DNA of 64,000 nt from an uncultured Acidobacteriota bacterium (GTDB lineage: Bacteria; Acidobacteriota; Thermoanaerobaculia; Gp7-AA8): positions 1,088,001 to 1,152,000 of the forward strand of contig CAWGHO010000003.1 of assembly GCA_963822445.1 (NCBI GenBank), written 5' to 3'. A program made the translations under genes and the position numbers. Positions 9,435 through 19,136 of this stretch are shown here, one piece after another; position 1 is the first letter of the stretch, and every line of letters begins with the position of its first letter. Under the pieces are notes generated by a model. That model saw nothing but the letters and a program-made list of their open reading frames with translations. It was not told the DNA's origin and searched no databases.

Positions 9435-10755
9435 TCGCGAATGCGTTCCGGGTCAGGTTGTCGCGCCCCGTCTCGGTGACGACCACGTCGTCCTCGATGC
9501 GGATTCCGCCGAATTTGCGGAAGGCGTCGACTTTCTCCCAGTTGATGTACTTCGCGTTGTCGGTCTTCGTCAGCTCACCGAGGAGCGAGTCGATGAAGTA
9601 GAGACCCGGCTCGATGGTGAAGACCCAGCCAGGCTCGACGACGCGTGTCAGGCGAAGGTACGGATGCCCTTCCGGCTTGGGAATGCTCTTACCGCCGCGG
9701 TCGGCCATGAAACCGCCGACGTCATGCACCTGCAGGCCGAGGAGGTGGCCGACGCCGTGGGGGAGGAAGGTGCTGCTGATGCGGCGCTCGACGATGCCGT
9801 CAGCGTCGATGTCTTTCGTGAAGTTGAAGCGCGCGAGGATTTCAGCCACGCCGCGATGCGCCGCAAAGTGCACGTCCGGATAGTTGAGGCTGGGGCGGAT
9901 CATCTCCACGAGCCCGAGCTGCATCGCGTCCATCGCCTCGATCAGCTCCTGGAACTCGTCCTTACGCGCCGAGTAGGTGCGGGTGATGTCCGACGCGTAC
10001 CCGTTGTAGCTCGCGCCGGCGTCGATGAGGAACGACCAGCGGTTCGCTTCGTCGACCCGCTCGCGAAGGTGATGGTAGTAGTGCAGCGTCGCCGCGTTCG
10101 CGTTGAGGGCGATGATGTTGCCGTACGGCACTTCCTCCTCGACGGAATCGGCGCCGCGGAGGTAGTCGAGATGGATTTCGTACTCGGACAGGCCTTCGCG
10201 GAATCCGCGCTCGGCGGCGCGATGTCCTCGCACACCGCGCACATTCGCGCGATACAGGCACTCGATCTCGTACTGAGTCTTTTCAGCGCGATCGAAGTGA
10301 AGGCTGTTCACGACCGCCTCGGGATTCGGCGTCAGATCGCCCCATGACGCGAACTGCTCATCCCATTCACCGATGAACGCGCTCTTGCCTTTGGGCATGT
10401 GCGCCTTCGCCTCGGCCAGGTCGGCGATCATGATCAGGTCGAACTTCTCGACCCACTTCGCTGTCGGTTTTTCCGCGACTTTGTGCCAGTAATCGACAGG
10501 CTGCCAGTAGATCAGCTTCGGCTTCAGGTTCGGCGTGTAGATCACGAAGCAGTTCGGGTTGTCGGTGACCGGCACCCAGCACTTGAAGTGCGGGTTGACC
10601 TTGAACGGGTAGGGCATGTCGTCGACGAACTGGTAATGCAGCGCGCCGGAGAAGACCACCGCGTGGTCGAATTTCGAATCGAGGAGCGCGCGATCGTGGC
10701 GCAGCTTCTGGATGGTCACATGTGCTGTGTAAATCGTTGCCAGTGCGTCGTCCAT
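9424..10755 (-). CDS. pepQ: Xaa-Pro dipeptidase (prolidase, M24B)
   Basis: FKVNPHFK, IDAGA...YASDITRT, PHGVGHLLGLQVHDVG, TIEPGLYF, GGIRIEDD. Confidence 0.93.
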   Translation of the reverse strand: MDDALATIYTAHVTIQKLRHDRALLDSKFDHAVVFSGALHYQFVDDMPYPFKVNPHFKCWVPVTDNPNCFVIYTPNLKPKLIYWQPVDYWHKVAEKPTAKWVEKFDLIMIADLAEAKAHMPKGKSAFIGEWDEQFASWGDLTPNPEAVVNSLHFDRAEKTQYEIECLYRANVRGVRGHRAAERGFREGLSEYEIHLDYLRGADSVEEEVPYGNIIALNANAATLHYYHHLRERVDEANRWSFLIDAGASYNGYASDITRTYSARKDEFQELIEAMDAMQLGLVEMIRPSLNYPDVHFAAHRGVAEILARFNFTKDIDADGIVERRISSTFLPHGVGHLLGLQVHDVGGFMADRGGKSIPKPEGHPYLRLTRVVEPGWVFTIEPGLYFIDSLLGELTKTDNAKYINWEKVDAFRKFGGIRIEDDVVVTETGRDNLTRNAFANVA

Positions 10756-10770
10756 GGCGGCGGAGGATAG

Positions 10771-10806
10771 CAGAGCAGTGGGCAGCGGGCAGTAGGGAGC
10801 GGGCAG
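10771..10806. repeat. Tandem 7-mer repeat (GGGCAGY), single arm of the 161-235 family
   Basis: gcagtgg gcagcgg gcagtag ggagcgg gcag. Confidence 0.65.
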
Positions 10807-12000
10807 TTAAAGCGTGGCGAGTTTTTTCAGCACGAAACGCTTCTCGATCATCGTGCCGGGAAGCTCGAGCGCGCGGTTGAAATGCGCCGCGGCCTGCCTG
10901 CGATCGCCGTTGCGGAGCCAGAGCTCGCCGAGGGTGGTGGCGAGAGGGAGGTAGTCGCGGAGGGAGGGGTGGGTGGCGATTTCCTCGATGGCGGCGATGC
11001 CCGCGGCGGGACCTTCGGCCATGGCCACGGCGATGGCGCGGTTCAAGGCAACGACGGGCGATGGCTTGATGGCGAGGAGCTGGTCGTAGTGATCGATGAT
11101 CGCCTTCCAGTCCGTTTCCGCGAATGAGGGGGAGATCGCGTGATACGACGCGATGGCTGCTTCGCCGTGGTACGCAGTCAGCGACTCGCCGGCCGCTGAT
11201 TTCCCGAGCTCGCGCAGGCCTTCGGCAATCATCGCTCCGTCCCAGAGCGAGCGATCCTGCTCCTCGAGCGTGAACACTTCACGCGCGGGCAATCGCGCGG
11301 TTTGCAGGAGCATGAGCGCGAGCAGCGCGTGAACCGCGGGGCCGTCGCCGCAAAGGCGCGTCAGGCGGATCGCTTCGGCACAGAGGTCTGCGTTCTGCGC
11401 GCTGTAACCCTCGTTGAAGAACAGATACAGAACTTCGAGCAGCGTCTCCATCCGCTGCGGCATCTCCGGGCGCGGCGGAAGATCCATGGGGATGTTCTCC
11501 TCGCGGATCATCTTCTTCGCCCGGACGACGCGCTGGGCGATGGTCTCCTTCTTCGTCAGAAAAGCGCGCGCGATCTCGTCGACGCTGAACCCGCCGACGG
11601 TCTTCAGCGTCAGGGCGATGCGGCTTTCTTTGGGAATGGCCGGATGACAACACATCAGCACCATCCGCAGTTGATCGTCGCGCAGCTCGTGCGCGAACCG
11701 CGGCTCGTTGATGGTGACTTCCGAAAGCGCCGCGGCGAGGTCCTGCTCTTTCCCTTTGAACGAGGTCTGGCGCCGCAACTGATCGAGGGCGCGGTTCTTT
11801 GCGACCTGAAAGAGCCAGCCGCGCGGATTGTCCGGAACGCCGCGGATCGCCCACTGCTGCATCGCCGCAACGAGCGCCTCCTGCACCACCTCCTCGGCCA
11901 GCGACAGGTGCGCCGGACCGAACACGCGCGTGAGCGTGGCGACCATCTGTCCCGCGCTGTGGCGGAACAGATGGTCGACGAGGCGGTGGATGTCGCTCAC
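10807..12000 (-). CDS. ECF sigma factor, group ECF42 (C-terminal DUF6596/TPR extension)
   Basis: AEEVVQEA, DDQLRM..CCHP, LYLFFNEGY, DQDR-like EQDRSLWD, SPVVALNRA. Confidence 0.9.
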   Translation of the reverse strand: MSDIHRLVDHLFRHSAGQMVATLTRVFGPAHLSLAEEVVQEALVAAMQQWAIRGVPDNPRGWLFQVAKNRALDQLRRQTSFKGKEQDLAAALSEVTINEPRFAHELRDDQLRMVLMCCHPAIPKESRIALTLKTVGGFSVDEIARAFLTKKETIAQRVVRAKKMIREENIPMDLPPRPEMPQRMETLLEVLYLFFNEGYSAQNADLCAEAIRLTRLCGDGPAVHALLALMLLQTARLPAREVFTLEEQDRSLWDGAMIAEGLRELGKSAAGESLTAYHGEAAIASYHAISPSFAETDWKAIIDHYDQLLAIKPSPVVALNRAIAVAMAEGPAAGIAAIEEIATHPSLRDYLPLATTLGELWLRNGDRRQAAAHFNRALELPGTMIEKRFVLKKLATL

Positions 12001-12329
12001 AACTCGATCTGCCGGATCTCGATCGAGCCGAAATCGAGGTGAGGGCAGTCCTCGACGAGTGCGGCCGCGGCGTCATAACTCGGCGCGTCCAGGACGAAGT
12101 AGCCGCCGATCACTTCCTTGCTCTCGGCGTACGGGCCGTCGGTGACCGTGACTCCGCCTTCGCTCTTGCGGACCACGGTGCGGCCTTCGCCGTCGGCGAG
12201 CTTCTGGCCTTTCGCGCCGACGCGTTCGCTCCATACGCGGTACCGCTCGATGATCTGCTGGATCTCCTCGGGGCTGATGTTCTCGGGGAAGCTGCCGCTG
12301 TCGCGGAGCATGAGGACGAACTGGGGCAT
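11997..12329 (-). CDS. YciI/DGPF family protein
   Basis: VTDGPYAESKEVIGGYF, IEIR; AAGGAG RBS; 4-nt overlap with the sigma gene. Confidence 0.9.
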   Translation of the reverse strand: MPQFVLMLRDSGSFPENISPEEIQQIIERYRVWSERVGAKGQKLADGEGRTVVRKSEGGVTVTDGPYAESKEVIGGYFVLDAPSYDAAAALVEDCPHLDFGSIEIRQIEL

Positions 12330-12355
12330 GGCGTTTCTCCTTTCTTCACTGTACA

Positions 12356-12382
12356 GACGAAGGAGCTCCGCGCAAATCGACA
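12356..12382 (-). promoter_or_regulatory. ECF42-type promoter for the yciI-sigma operon
   Basis: Minus strand TGTCGA-N17-CGTC, matching the described ECF42 consensus (-35 TGTCGA, -10 CG(A/T)C). Confidence 0.75.
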
Positions 12383-12424
12383 CGATGGGGAGAAAAAAAT
12401 GAAGCGCGCCGACCGCCTTTGCGA

Positions 12425-12925
12425 TTATCGACGCGCTTCGTCGCCAGCGATCCCCGGCTCGTGACCGGGGCCGTTTGTGCCCAAGTGCGAGGGCAGTGCC
12501 AATCTCTTCCCGTACGCAATGCCCGCGGTGATCGACGCGATGCCGAAGAGTCCCACGATCACCGTCTCGCGCGCGGACGCCGCCATGGACCAGGGGTAGC
12601 CGAGAACCTCGAACCGGAATGGCGAGATCACCCGGAAGGCGTGCAGCACGGCAAAGGCGACGTGCAGCGTCCCTGACGCGATTCCCACGCCCATGCGCAT
12701 TCGTGGCGTCACAACGGCCGCGAGATTGACCACGACCAGCAACGTGTACAGTCCGATGGCGATCAGACTGTCGATCCGCGAGAAGCTCCAGGCACCGACG
12801 ACGAACGTGGCCCCGGTCTCCAGCTTGTAATAGTGGCAGGCCCAGTGCGGCATCCACGAACATGCGGATGCGGCGAAAAACGCTTCGGGTGCGAAGCGGG
12901 TCAGGACGCTGTGCGCACGGTCCAT
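12425..12925 (-). CDS. Hypothetical membrane protein (start uncertain)
   Basis: Three to four hydrophobic segments after PHWACHYY. Confidence 0.55.
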   Translation of the reverse strand: MDRAHSVLTRFAPEAFFAASACSWMPHWACHYYKLETGATFVVGAWSFSRIDSLIAIGLYTLLVVVNLAAVVTPRMRMGVGIASGTLHVAFAVLHAFRVISPFRFEVLGYPWSMAASARETVIVGLFGIASITAGIAYGKRLALPSHLGTNGPGHEPGIAGDEARR

Positions 12926-13323
12926 CGCCGCAAGCTTGCCACGGATGTGATGGCCGATAGCGCGCCGAGGGGAATGGTGACGAGGATTTCGGGGAGGCCT
13001 TTGCCGGCGATGAAGGGGAGCGCCGCGCAAACGAGCATTCCCCACGCGCAGATTCGCGCCAGGGGAGCATCGAAGATCGCCTGACGTTTCTCGACCGTCG
13101 CGACAAGAGCAGCGAAGACGAGTCCACAGGCAAAACCAACGAGTCCGATCATCGGGGCCAGCACCAGCGGCTCTTCGCCCGGACCGATGTCGGCGGGATC
13201 GATGAAGCCGATCAGAGTCCCGGCAATGATCGCGAGCGCGACCCACAGAACGCCCCAGATCAACCCGACGGCGGACAGCGTTGCAACTCGCATTGGCCGA
13301 TTCTCCTTCAAGCGAAACGCCAC
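12901..13323 (-). CDS. Hypothetical membrane protein (4 TM)
   Basis: Gly-rich hydrophobic helices; alternative start at 13293. Confidence 0.6.
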   Translation of the reverse strand: MAFRLKENRPMRVATLSAVGLIWGVLWVALAIIAGTLIGFIDPADIGPGEEPLVLAPMIGLVGFACGLVFAALVATVEKRQAIFDAPLARICAWGMLVCAALPFIAGKGLPEILVTIPLGALSAITSVASLRRWTVRTAS

Positions 13324-14523
13324 TCAAAGCGATTTCAGGAACGCGATCAGTTGCGCGCGTTCGCCGTCGCCGAGCTCACTGAACCGGTTGCGCGCCGCGC
13401 GCCCCTGGCCGTCGTGAGCGAGGATCGCGGCCTCGAACGTCGACGCGCGCCCGTCGTGGAGGCAGGCCTCCAGGAAGCGCAGGCCCCAAAGCGGCGGCGT
13501 GCGCATCTCGGACCCGCGCGCGTCGCCCTGCGGGATGCGGTCGCCGAGGGCGCCCATGTCGTGGAGCAGGAAATCGGAGTACGGGTGGTAGGTGACCTCG
13601 TCGAGCCCCTCGATGGCATTCGGTCCGGTCTGCAGCGTCGAGACGTGACAGGAGTTGCAGCCGATGCGGTTGAACACCGCTTCGCCCGCGACGACGTCCG
13701 GAGTGATCGGGCCGCGCGGCGGCGGCGCCAGCATGGCCATGAAGTCCGTCAGCCTCTGCGTGGCTTCGCCGGTGTCGTTCAGGCCCGGACGCGGGTTGAA
13801 CTTGAGATCCTGGCAGCGTCCGTGCGGGCAGTTCTCGTTCGGAAAGAACGGGCTGGTCACGCCGATCTCGTCGAGGAAGGCCTCGCCGGCGAACTGATGG
13901 AGTGTCGGGGTCTGCGCCTTCCAGCCGAACTTGCCCACGGTCTTCATCCCGGCGGCATGATTCTCGACCATGGCCACGCGGCCTGCCGTGCCGTCGTTGC
14001 GCGCGGCCTGCTCCGCGGCGAGCGCGATGAAGGTCGAGTCGGGCGTGGCGTCGACGAGCGAAAGCCCGAGCACAGTGGGCGAGCGCCGGTGCGCGACGAT
14101 GGTGGCCTCGGCTGGCACCTTCTCCGAGTTGAAGGCGATGACCGCTCCATCGTTCGCCTGAATGCCGCGACTCTGCACGACCGGTCCGCCGAACCGCTCG
14201 AGGGGATCGAAGACGCCTCTGGTGATCGTGCCGAAGCGTGTGACCTCGCTCCCGATCGAACCGGCGCCGCCGGGCGCAGGCCGGGAGTGGCATTGCTCGC
14301 AGTCCATGCCGTTCATGACCGGACCGAGACCGTCGGCGAGTTTCTGACGCTTCTGGAATTCCTTGAGCCCTTCGAAGAAGCGGGAGAGCAGCTCAGGCGA
14401 AAGGCCGGCGATCGGCTGCCCCGCCGGCGCAGGCGGCGGCGCCGGCGCGACAGCGCGCCGCTTGGCGATGATGGCTGGTGACAGAAGACAGCAGAAAAGG
14501 GCCGCGACGACCGCTCGCTTCAT
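13324..14523 (-). CDS. Di-heme oxidoreductase family protein (DHOR, putative peroxidase), secreted
   Basis: Signal peptide; GLGP..N...CEQCH; GKFGWKA; CNSCH; YSDFLLHDMG; RTPPLWG; LHDGRA. Confidence 0.88.
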   Translation of the reverse strand: MKRAVVAALFCCLLSPAIIAKRRAVAPAPPPAPAGQPIAGLSPELLSRFFEGLKEFQKRQKLADGLGPVMNGMDCEQCHSRPAPGGAGSIGSEVTRFGTITRGVFDPLERFGGPVVQSRGIQANDGAVIAFNSEKVPAEATIVAHRRSPTVLGLSLVDATPDSTFIALAAEQAARNDGTAGRVAMVENHAAGMKTVGKFGWKAQTPTLHQFAGEAFLDEIGVTSPFFPNENCPHGRCQDLKFNPRPGLNDTGEATQRLTDFMAMLAPPPRGPITPDVVAGEAVFNRIGCNSCHVSTLQTGPNAIEGLDEVTYHPYSDFLLHDMGALGDRIPQGDARGSEMRTPPLWGLRFLEACLHDGRASTFEAAILAHDGQGRAARNRFSELGDGERAQLIAFLKSL

Positions 14524-14581
14524 GTTCGTCACCTCGAGATGGGGAAGAGGGCAAGCAAGGCGCGGGCCCGGGGGGCTCCAA

Positions 14582-14938
14582 TCAAAGCGAACGTATGCGA
14601 ATGCGGTCCTCACTGACGATCCATAGCTGATTCCGAACCTCGCGCTGGGAAAGAGCCGCCACAAGACGCCCCGCAGTTTCAAGCACGTGACGCTTATCAT
14701 GGCTCTTGAGGCGAAAGACGATCATTCCCGCGGAGTCGGCTGGCGGATACGCACGAATATTCGCGAAGCCGCGATCAAATGTGACGAAGATCCGTCCCTC
14801 TTCGCGACAGATCTGCGCCAGTTGAGGATCCTGTGTGCCGCCGAGTTGCTGTTCCACGACGGTGAGTGAATCCCAACCTGCACTGAGAAGAACTTGACTC
14901 AGTTCATCCGGCAGATTCTCGTCGACTTTGAACTTCAC
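14582..14938 (-). CDS. DUF5615 PIN-like toxin (VapC45 type)
   Basis: MKFKVDENLP, TFDRGF, RIRIR. Confidence 0.88.
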   Translation of the reverse strand: MKFKVDENLPDELSQVLLSAGWDSLTVVEQQLGGTQDPQLAQICREEGRIFVTFDRGFANIRAYPPADSAGMIVFRLKSHDKRHVLETAGRLVAALSQREVRNQLWIVSEDRIRIRSL

Positions 14939-15162
14939 GCGGGCAGGCCAACGACTTCTTCACGCGCCAGGTCGGCGGCGTAGGCGAGACAAGCCTGAAT
15001 GGCCTCCGGCGACAAACGGGGGTAGCTGGCAATGATCTCGCGCTCCGGGATTCCCGCAGCGAGATTGTCGAGTACGACGGATACCAGGATTCGTGTTCCG
15101 GCTACGCACGCCTGACCGTGGCAAACGTTGGGATCGACGGTGATGTGTGGCTGCCAGTTCAT
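14935..15162 (-). CDS. DUF433 antitoxin
   Basis: ITVDPNVCHGQACVAGTRI, YPRL...ACLAYAA; 4-nt overlap with the toxin gene. Confidence 0.9.
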   Translation of the reverse strand: MNWQPHITVDPNVCHGQACVAGTRILVSVVLDNLAAGIPEREIIASYPRLSPEAIQACLAYAADLAREEVVGLPA

Positions 15163-15437
15163 TTGGTTTAGCGCGATTTTACGTCGGAAGCATCTGACGT
15201 CTATTAGCTGAGCTGCGGCGCTGCGTGCATGAGGTTGCCACCGGCCACGTTTGCCTGAATGAGGCGCTTGAGGTCCGCGCGCGGCAAACGGCTTGCCGAC
15301 AGCTTCTGGCAGCACCCAGTACGTTCCGCCTCACGCCATGAAGATGCCGTACGAGGTGTATCGCCGGAACGCGACGAATGCGATGCCGATGCACGACACT
15401 AACAACATCGCCGCAACGACACGCCCAAGCCTGTTTA

Positions 15438-16145
15438 CTATTCAGTCGTGAAGCTGGCGTGTCGATCGCCGCACTGGAGATTGAGGATGATGTTCGTCCG
15501 TTCCGCAGTGCTGACCGGAACTGCCACACCCAGCGCCTCGACGAGGCGCGAAATGGTTGGCGCCTCGGGATCGCGAACTTCGAACGACTCGAGCACACAT
15601 CCGGTCGGAGATGTCGCGGATGGATGACGCGTGTTCGCACCCCAGTGAATGAGAAAGGGCACCGCGTTGGTAGCGCCCAACGGGAGGCCGAAGGTGGTCC
15701 ATTCGAGCAGGTCGCCCGAGGTCGTTCGACGGCTACCGGGTCGTAGCTCAGTGACTTCGAAATCACGGTCGCGAAGATACGGGTGCGCCGCCGCAGCATC
15801 CTTTACCTGGAGTGCCCAGCCGATCACCGTTGGCCGCTGGAGCGATCGCAGAGATTTGACCATCGGGTTGTCGGCCGCGTCACGCTGGGGCGCGATGATC
15901 TCGAGGTACGCGCCGTTGCCCAGCGAAACCAGCGCGTTCTCCGTTCCACGGCCGGGATGCTGACCGCCCCGAACAGGAACGACTCCAGTTGCCGCGGTGA
16001 AGGCGGCGACGCCCTGCTCCAGGTCAGAAACGCCAACGATGACGTGATCAAGTGTGGCGACGGACATGGGATCGTGGCCTCCGGTTCGACAAGCCGCAAC
16101 CGCGAGCGTTACGGCGCACAGTGCACTGCGAACAAATTGCTTCAC
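15438..16145 (-). CDS. VOC / Glyoxalase_3 family lipoprotein
   Basis: Lipobox VAAC; LDHVIV, GGQHPGRGTEN, YLEII, PFLIHW. Confidence 0.85.
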   Translation of the reverse strand: MKQFVRSALCAVTLAVAACRTGGHDPMSVATLDHVIVGVSDLEQGVAAFTAATGVVPVRGGQHPGRGTENALVSLGNGAYLEIIAPQRDAADNPMVKSLRSLQRPTVIGWALQVKDAAAAHPYLRDRDFEVTELRPGSRRTTSGDLLEWTTFGLPLGATNAVPFLIHWGANTRHPSATSPTGCVLESFEVRDPEAPTISRLVEALGVAVPVSTAERTNIILNLQCGDRHASFTTE

Positions 16146-16172
16146 GCTTGCGTCCTCCTGTCCGCCCGGAGA

Positions 16173-17537
16173 CTACATGTTGTCAAGCACCTGATCGATC
16201 GACAGCAATCGCTCGCCTCCCTTCGCATCCCGAAACACCGCGTGGTACCAGCCCTTCACGCCGACCGGCGTGAGCACCTCGCGGCCCACCTTCAGGGTCT
16301 TGCCCGCGGCCAGGCGCAGGAACACGCGCTCGTAGGCGGAGCGGGTCAGGCGCGGCGTCGAGGACGGCGGCGGAGCTTCGCGGCGGCGGTCGGTGCTTTC
16401 GCGGCGCTGCAGTCGCGGGGGGAGGGTGACGCGATTGCGGCGATCGACGCCTTCGCCGCGCCAGGGCGGTGCGAGCTTCTCCTCCACATCCGCGCGGCGC
16501 CGTCGCGGTTTCCGCGCGGCTTCGTCCTGCATCGCCGGCGCGTAATTCTCGAGCTCCGGAATCGCGTCGCCCCACCGCGCCTGACGTCCGACGTCGTCAT
16601 AAGCCGGAGGACGATCGGGCAGGTCGAGCAGCGATGGCGTCTCGCCGCGCAGCACGGAAAACAGAATGCGATAGCTGAAAGGATCGGAGTAACGCCGGAT
16701 CGAGTCGCGAAAGAAGGTGGCGATGCCGAGGGCGATCTCGCGGAGAGACTGGCCGTCCCAGAGCGGCGCGTTGATGTCGCTGGTGAACGGGTTCCGCGGG
16801 AAATGAAAATCGCGCGTCACCCAGCCCTTGCGCGTCGGATGCTTCCCCGGCTCGACGCCGCGAATCACCGGAATCCGGCGCGTTTCGATCTCGCTCACCA
16901 GATACGACGGCCACGACACCACTTCGCGCACCACGCCGACGATCAACGCCGTCGTCGCCGCCATCAGGCCGGGATCGGGTGTGAAGTCGAAGGTGATCTC
17001 GATGCGATCGCGGCGCGGCCGCACGCCCAGCCCCGTCGAGCGGCGATTCGCGCCGGCGACCATCGCCGGAACCGGCAGCAGATGGGCGAGCAGCAACGCC
17101 AGTTTCTGAATGGTGCGATTGCGATTGCGCTCGTCACGCGGAATCTCGAAAGAGATGTTGAAGTGACAGCTGAACGCCTGCAGCCGGACACGCTTGGCGT
17201 TGCGCGCTTCCCAGCGATCGAGTTGATCGCGCACGAAGCCGATCTGCTCCCACAGACTGCGGACGACCCGGGCCGTGCATTGCGGTGCGATCTCGATCAC
17301 CGGCGTGACGACCTCGAGCACGCCGCCATCGAAGTAAATCGCGCCGCCGGTGGGTAACTGCGAGGCCTTCGAGCTTCGGTGGAGAAGGGGCCTGTCGATG
17401 AAAGCCGACGGCGTGCGCCAGTAGCTCTCCGGCTCGATCTCGACGTCGTCCACGAACACCTTGAACTCGGCCTCGAGACCGATCACCGGCATCCGGAGCT
17501 CGTTGCTATACGGGAAACGAAGGGAATCGTCGGACAT
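16173..17537 (-). CDS. PafA/Dop-like carboxylate-amine ligase-fold protein
   Basis: IGLEAEF, LPTGGAIYFD..LEVVTP, SCHFN parallel the PafA/Dop GxExE, LxNGxRxYxD..ExxTPE and GCHEN motifs. Confidence 0.65.
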   Translation of the reverse strand: MSDDSLRFPYSNELRMPVIGLEAEFKVFVDDVEIEPESYWRTPSAFIDRPLLHRSSKASQLPTGGAIYFDGGVLEVVTPVIEIAPQCTARVVRSLWEQIGFVRDQLDRWEARNAKRVRLQAFSCHFNISFEIPRDERNRNRTIQKLALLLAHLLPVPAMVAGANRRSTGLGVRPRRDRIEITFDFTPDPGLMAATTALIVGVVREVVSWPSYLVSEIETRRIPVIRGVEPGKHPTRKGWVTRDFHFPRNPFTSDINAPLWDGQSLREIALGIATFFRDSIRRYSDPFSYRILFSVLRGETPSLLDLPDRPPAYDDVGRQARWGDAIPELENYAPAMQDEAARKPRRRRADVEEKLAPPWRGEGVDRRNRVTLPPRLQRRESTDRRREAPPPSSTPRLTRSAYERVFLRLAAGKTLKVGREVLTPVGVKGWYHAVFRDAKGGERLLSIDQVLDNM

Positions 17538-17582
17538 AACCTCGGACGATCCCCTTTGAGCAAGGACCGCGCCGGTCGTCCG

Positions 17583-18347
17583 TTACTTGCGAACCAGGCG
17601 GTATTGCACGGTCAGCTCGTGCGAGACTTCCTTGGCCTCGCCCGTTTCGTCCTTGAACGGCCGGAAGCGCCAGCGGCGGATGGCGTCGATGGTGGCCCGC
17701 TCGAACACGGAATGCTCGGGCTTGGTCAGGATGATGACCTCCCGAACCCTGCCTCGCTTGTCGATGATGTAGCGGACGACGACCGTGTCTTCCCAGCCTT
17801 TGGCCTTTGCCGTGTCGGGGTAGATCGGGTAGTCCTGCGACATCGACTCCATCGGAAGCTGGGCGTCGCGCGCGACTTCGACCATCTCCGGCGGCGGCAG
17901 CGGCTTTTTCGGAGGTTCGACGACGACGCTTTCGAGGACTCCGCCGACGACCCCGCCTTCCACGCCGCCTTCGACCCCGCCCTCGACGCCGCCGGTGACC
18001 GCGGGCTGATCAACCGGAGCTTCGGCCGGCGCCACGACGGGAATCTCATCCGGGATGACCGTCGGCGCGACGATCTGCTGGGGCATGGTGACCGGTTTGA
18101 CCGGCGCGACGACTGCCTTTTTCGCGGCGGGGGGAGGGGGCGGCGGCGGAGGTGGCGGGGGCGGCTCGGTGAGCGAGTACGCCATGAACATTTTCGGCGA
18201 CTGCTTCGGAAACTCGACCTTCCAGATCGTGGCGGCCAGCGCGGCCGCGGCCAACAGGGCGTGGATCGTCAACGACACGGGAAGCGTCTCGTAGAACAGT
18301 TTGCGGCTGCGCGGCGTAACCGCTTCCGGGACGACCGTCTCGAACAT
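17583..18347 (-). CDS. Energy transducer TonB family protein
   Basis: N-terminal TM with S..H, poly-Pro tract, GGVEGG repeats, YP..A, WRFRP. Confidence 0.88.
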   Translation of the reverse strand: MFETVVPEAVTPRSRKLFYETLPVSLTIHALLAAAALAATIWKVEFPKQSPKMFMAYSLTEPPPPPPPPPPPPAAKKAVVAPVKPVTMPQQIVAPTVIPDEIPVVAPAEAPVDQPAVTGGVEGGVEGGVEGGVVGGVLESVVVEPPKKPLPPPEMVEVARDAQLPMESMSQDYPIYPDTAKAKGWEDTVVVRYIIDKRGRVREVIILTKPEHSVFERATIDAIRRWRFRPFKDETGEAKEVSHELTVQYRLVRK

Positions 18348-18423
18348 TGCTTTCCGTGTTTGATCGCTTCGGCGGGAGGTTAGCACCCCTCGCGAACGAA
18401 TGTGCTACAAGAATGTCACGTCC

Positions 18424-18870
18424 ATGGCTCGCTACATTCAGCGCATCGCGCTCCTCGGCAAGGAGCGCTGGATCGGATGGGAAATCGACGGAGTGGGCAC
18501 GGAAGTCCCCGGCTTGACGCTCGCCGATCACATGACCGATGAGGAGATCCGGGCCCGCGGCGTCAAGGAATTCCGGACGATGCCGTTCGAGAGTTTTCTC
18601 GGAATGGGCGCCGTCAACGCGGCCGGCGGCGAGCTGCACGATCAGGACATCGACTACCGGCTCGACGCGCTGCTCGTGGGCATGGAGCGGATTCGCTCGC
18701 GCGGAGAAACCGCTGTGCCGCGGGCGATTCTCCTCGGCTTCTTTGGTGATGACCGCCAGCTCGTCCATCCTCGCGTGCAGGCAAGGATCCGCGAATGGGA
18801 AACGGCGGGGCAGGTGCAGTTCGTCGGCAACGACGAGTGCTATCTGAAGATCGTCGGACGATTGGCTTAA
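18424..18870 (+). CDS. Hypothetical protein
   Basis: Coding-like codon usage; fills the gap between neighbours. Confidence 0.55.
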   Translation: MARYIQRIALLGKERWIGWEIDGVGTEVPGLTLADHMTDEEIRARGVKEFRTMPFESFLGMGAVNAAGGELHDQDIDYRLDALLVGMERIRSRGETAVPRAILLGFFGDDRQLVHPRVQARIREWETAGQVQFVGNDECYLKIVGRLA

Positions 18871-19136
18871 AGCGCCCCGGCCACCTTCGCCAGTTGTTCG
18901 GCAATCTCCTGCGTCGACGCCTTCGCGACGGTCGCCGAATCGAACCGCACCAGCACCGGATCGTAAATCCCCCGCTGGAACAGCGCCGCACGAACGTCGA
19001 TGAAACGCTCGCGAAGATCCGCTGCCGGTGCACCGTCTCCAACAGTCTTCAACTCCTCCGCGACAGCCGCCGCCAGCTGCTTGAGCTGCTCGAGTGGAAT
19101 GGCTATCGGAAGCTTCTCTTCGTGGTGATCGCTCAT
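18867..19136 (-). CDS. Hypothetical small helical protein
   Basis: AGAGGAG RBS; ATGA overlap with the upstream ORF. Confidence 0.65.
   Translation of the reverse strand: MSDHHEEKLPIAIPLEQLKQLAAAVAEELKTVGDGAPAADLRERFIDVRAALFQRGIYDPVLVRFDSATVAKASTQEIAEQLAKVAGAL

Noticed and set aside
10807-12382. ECF42-YciI module as a novel system
   Set aside because: Already a described module, including its promoter; listed as features only.
17940-18166. 12-bp repeats and G-rich run
   Set aside because: Encode the GGVEGG repeats and poly-Pro tract typical of TonB proteins.
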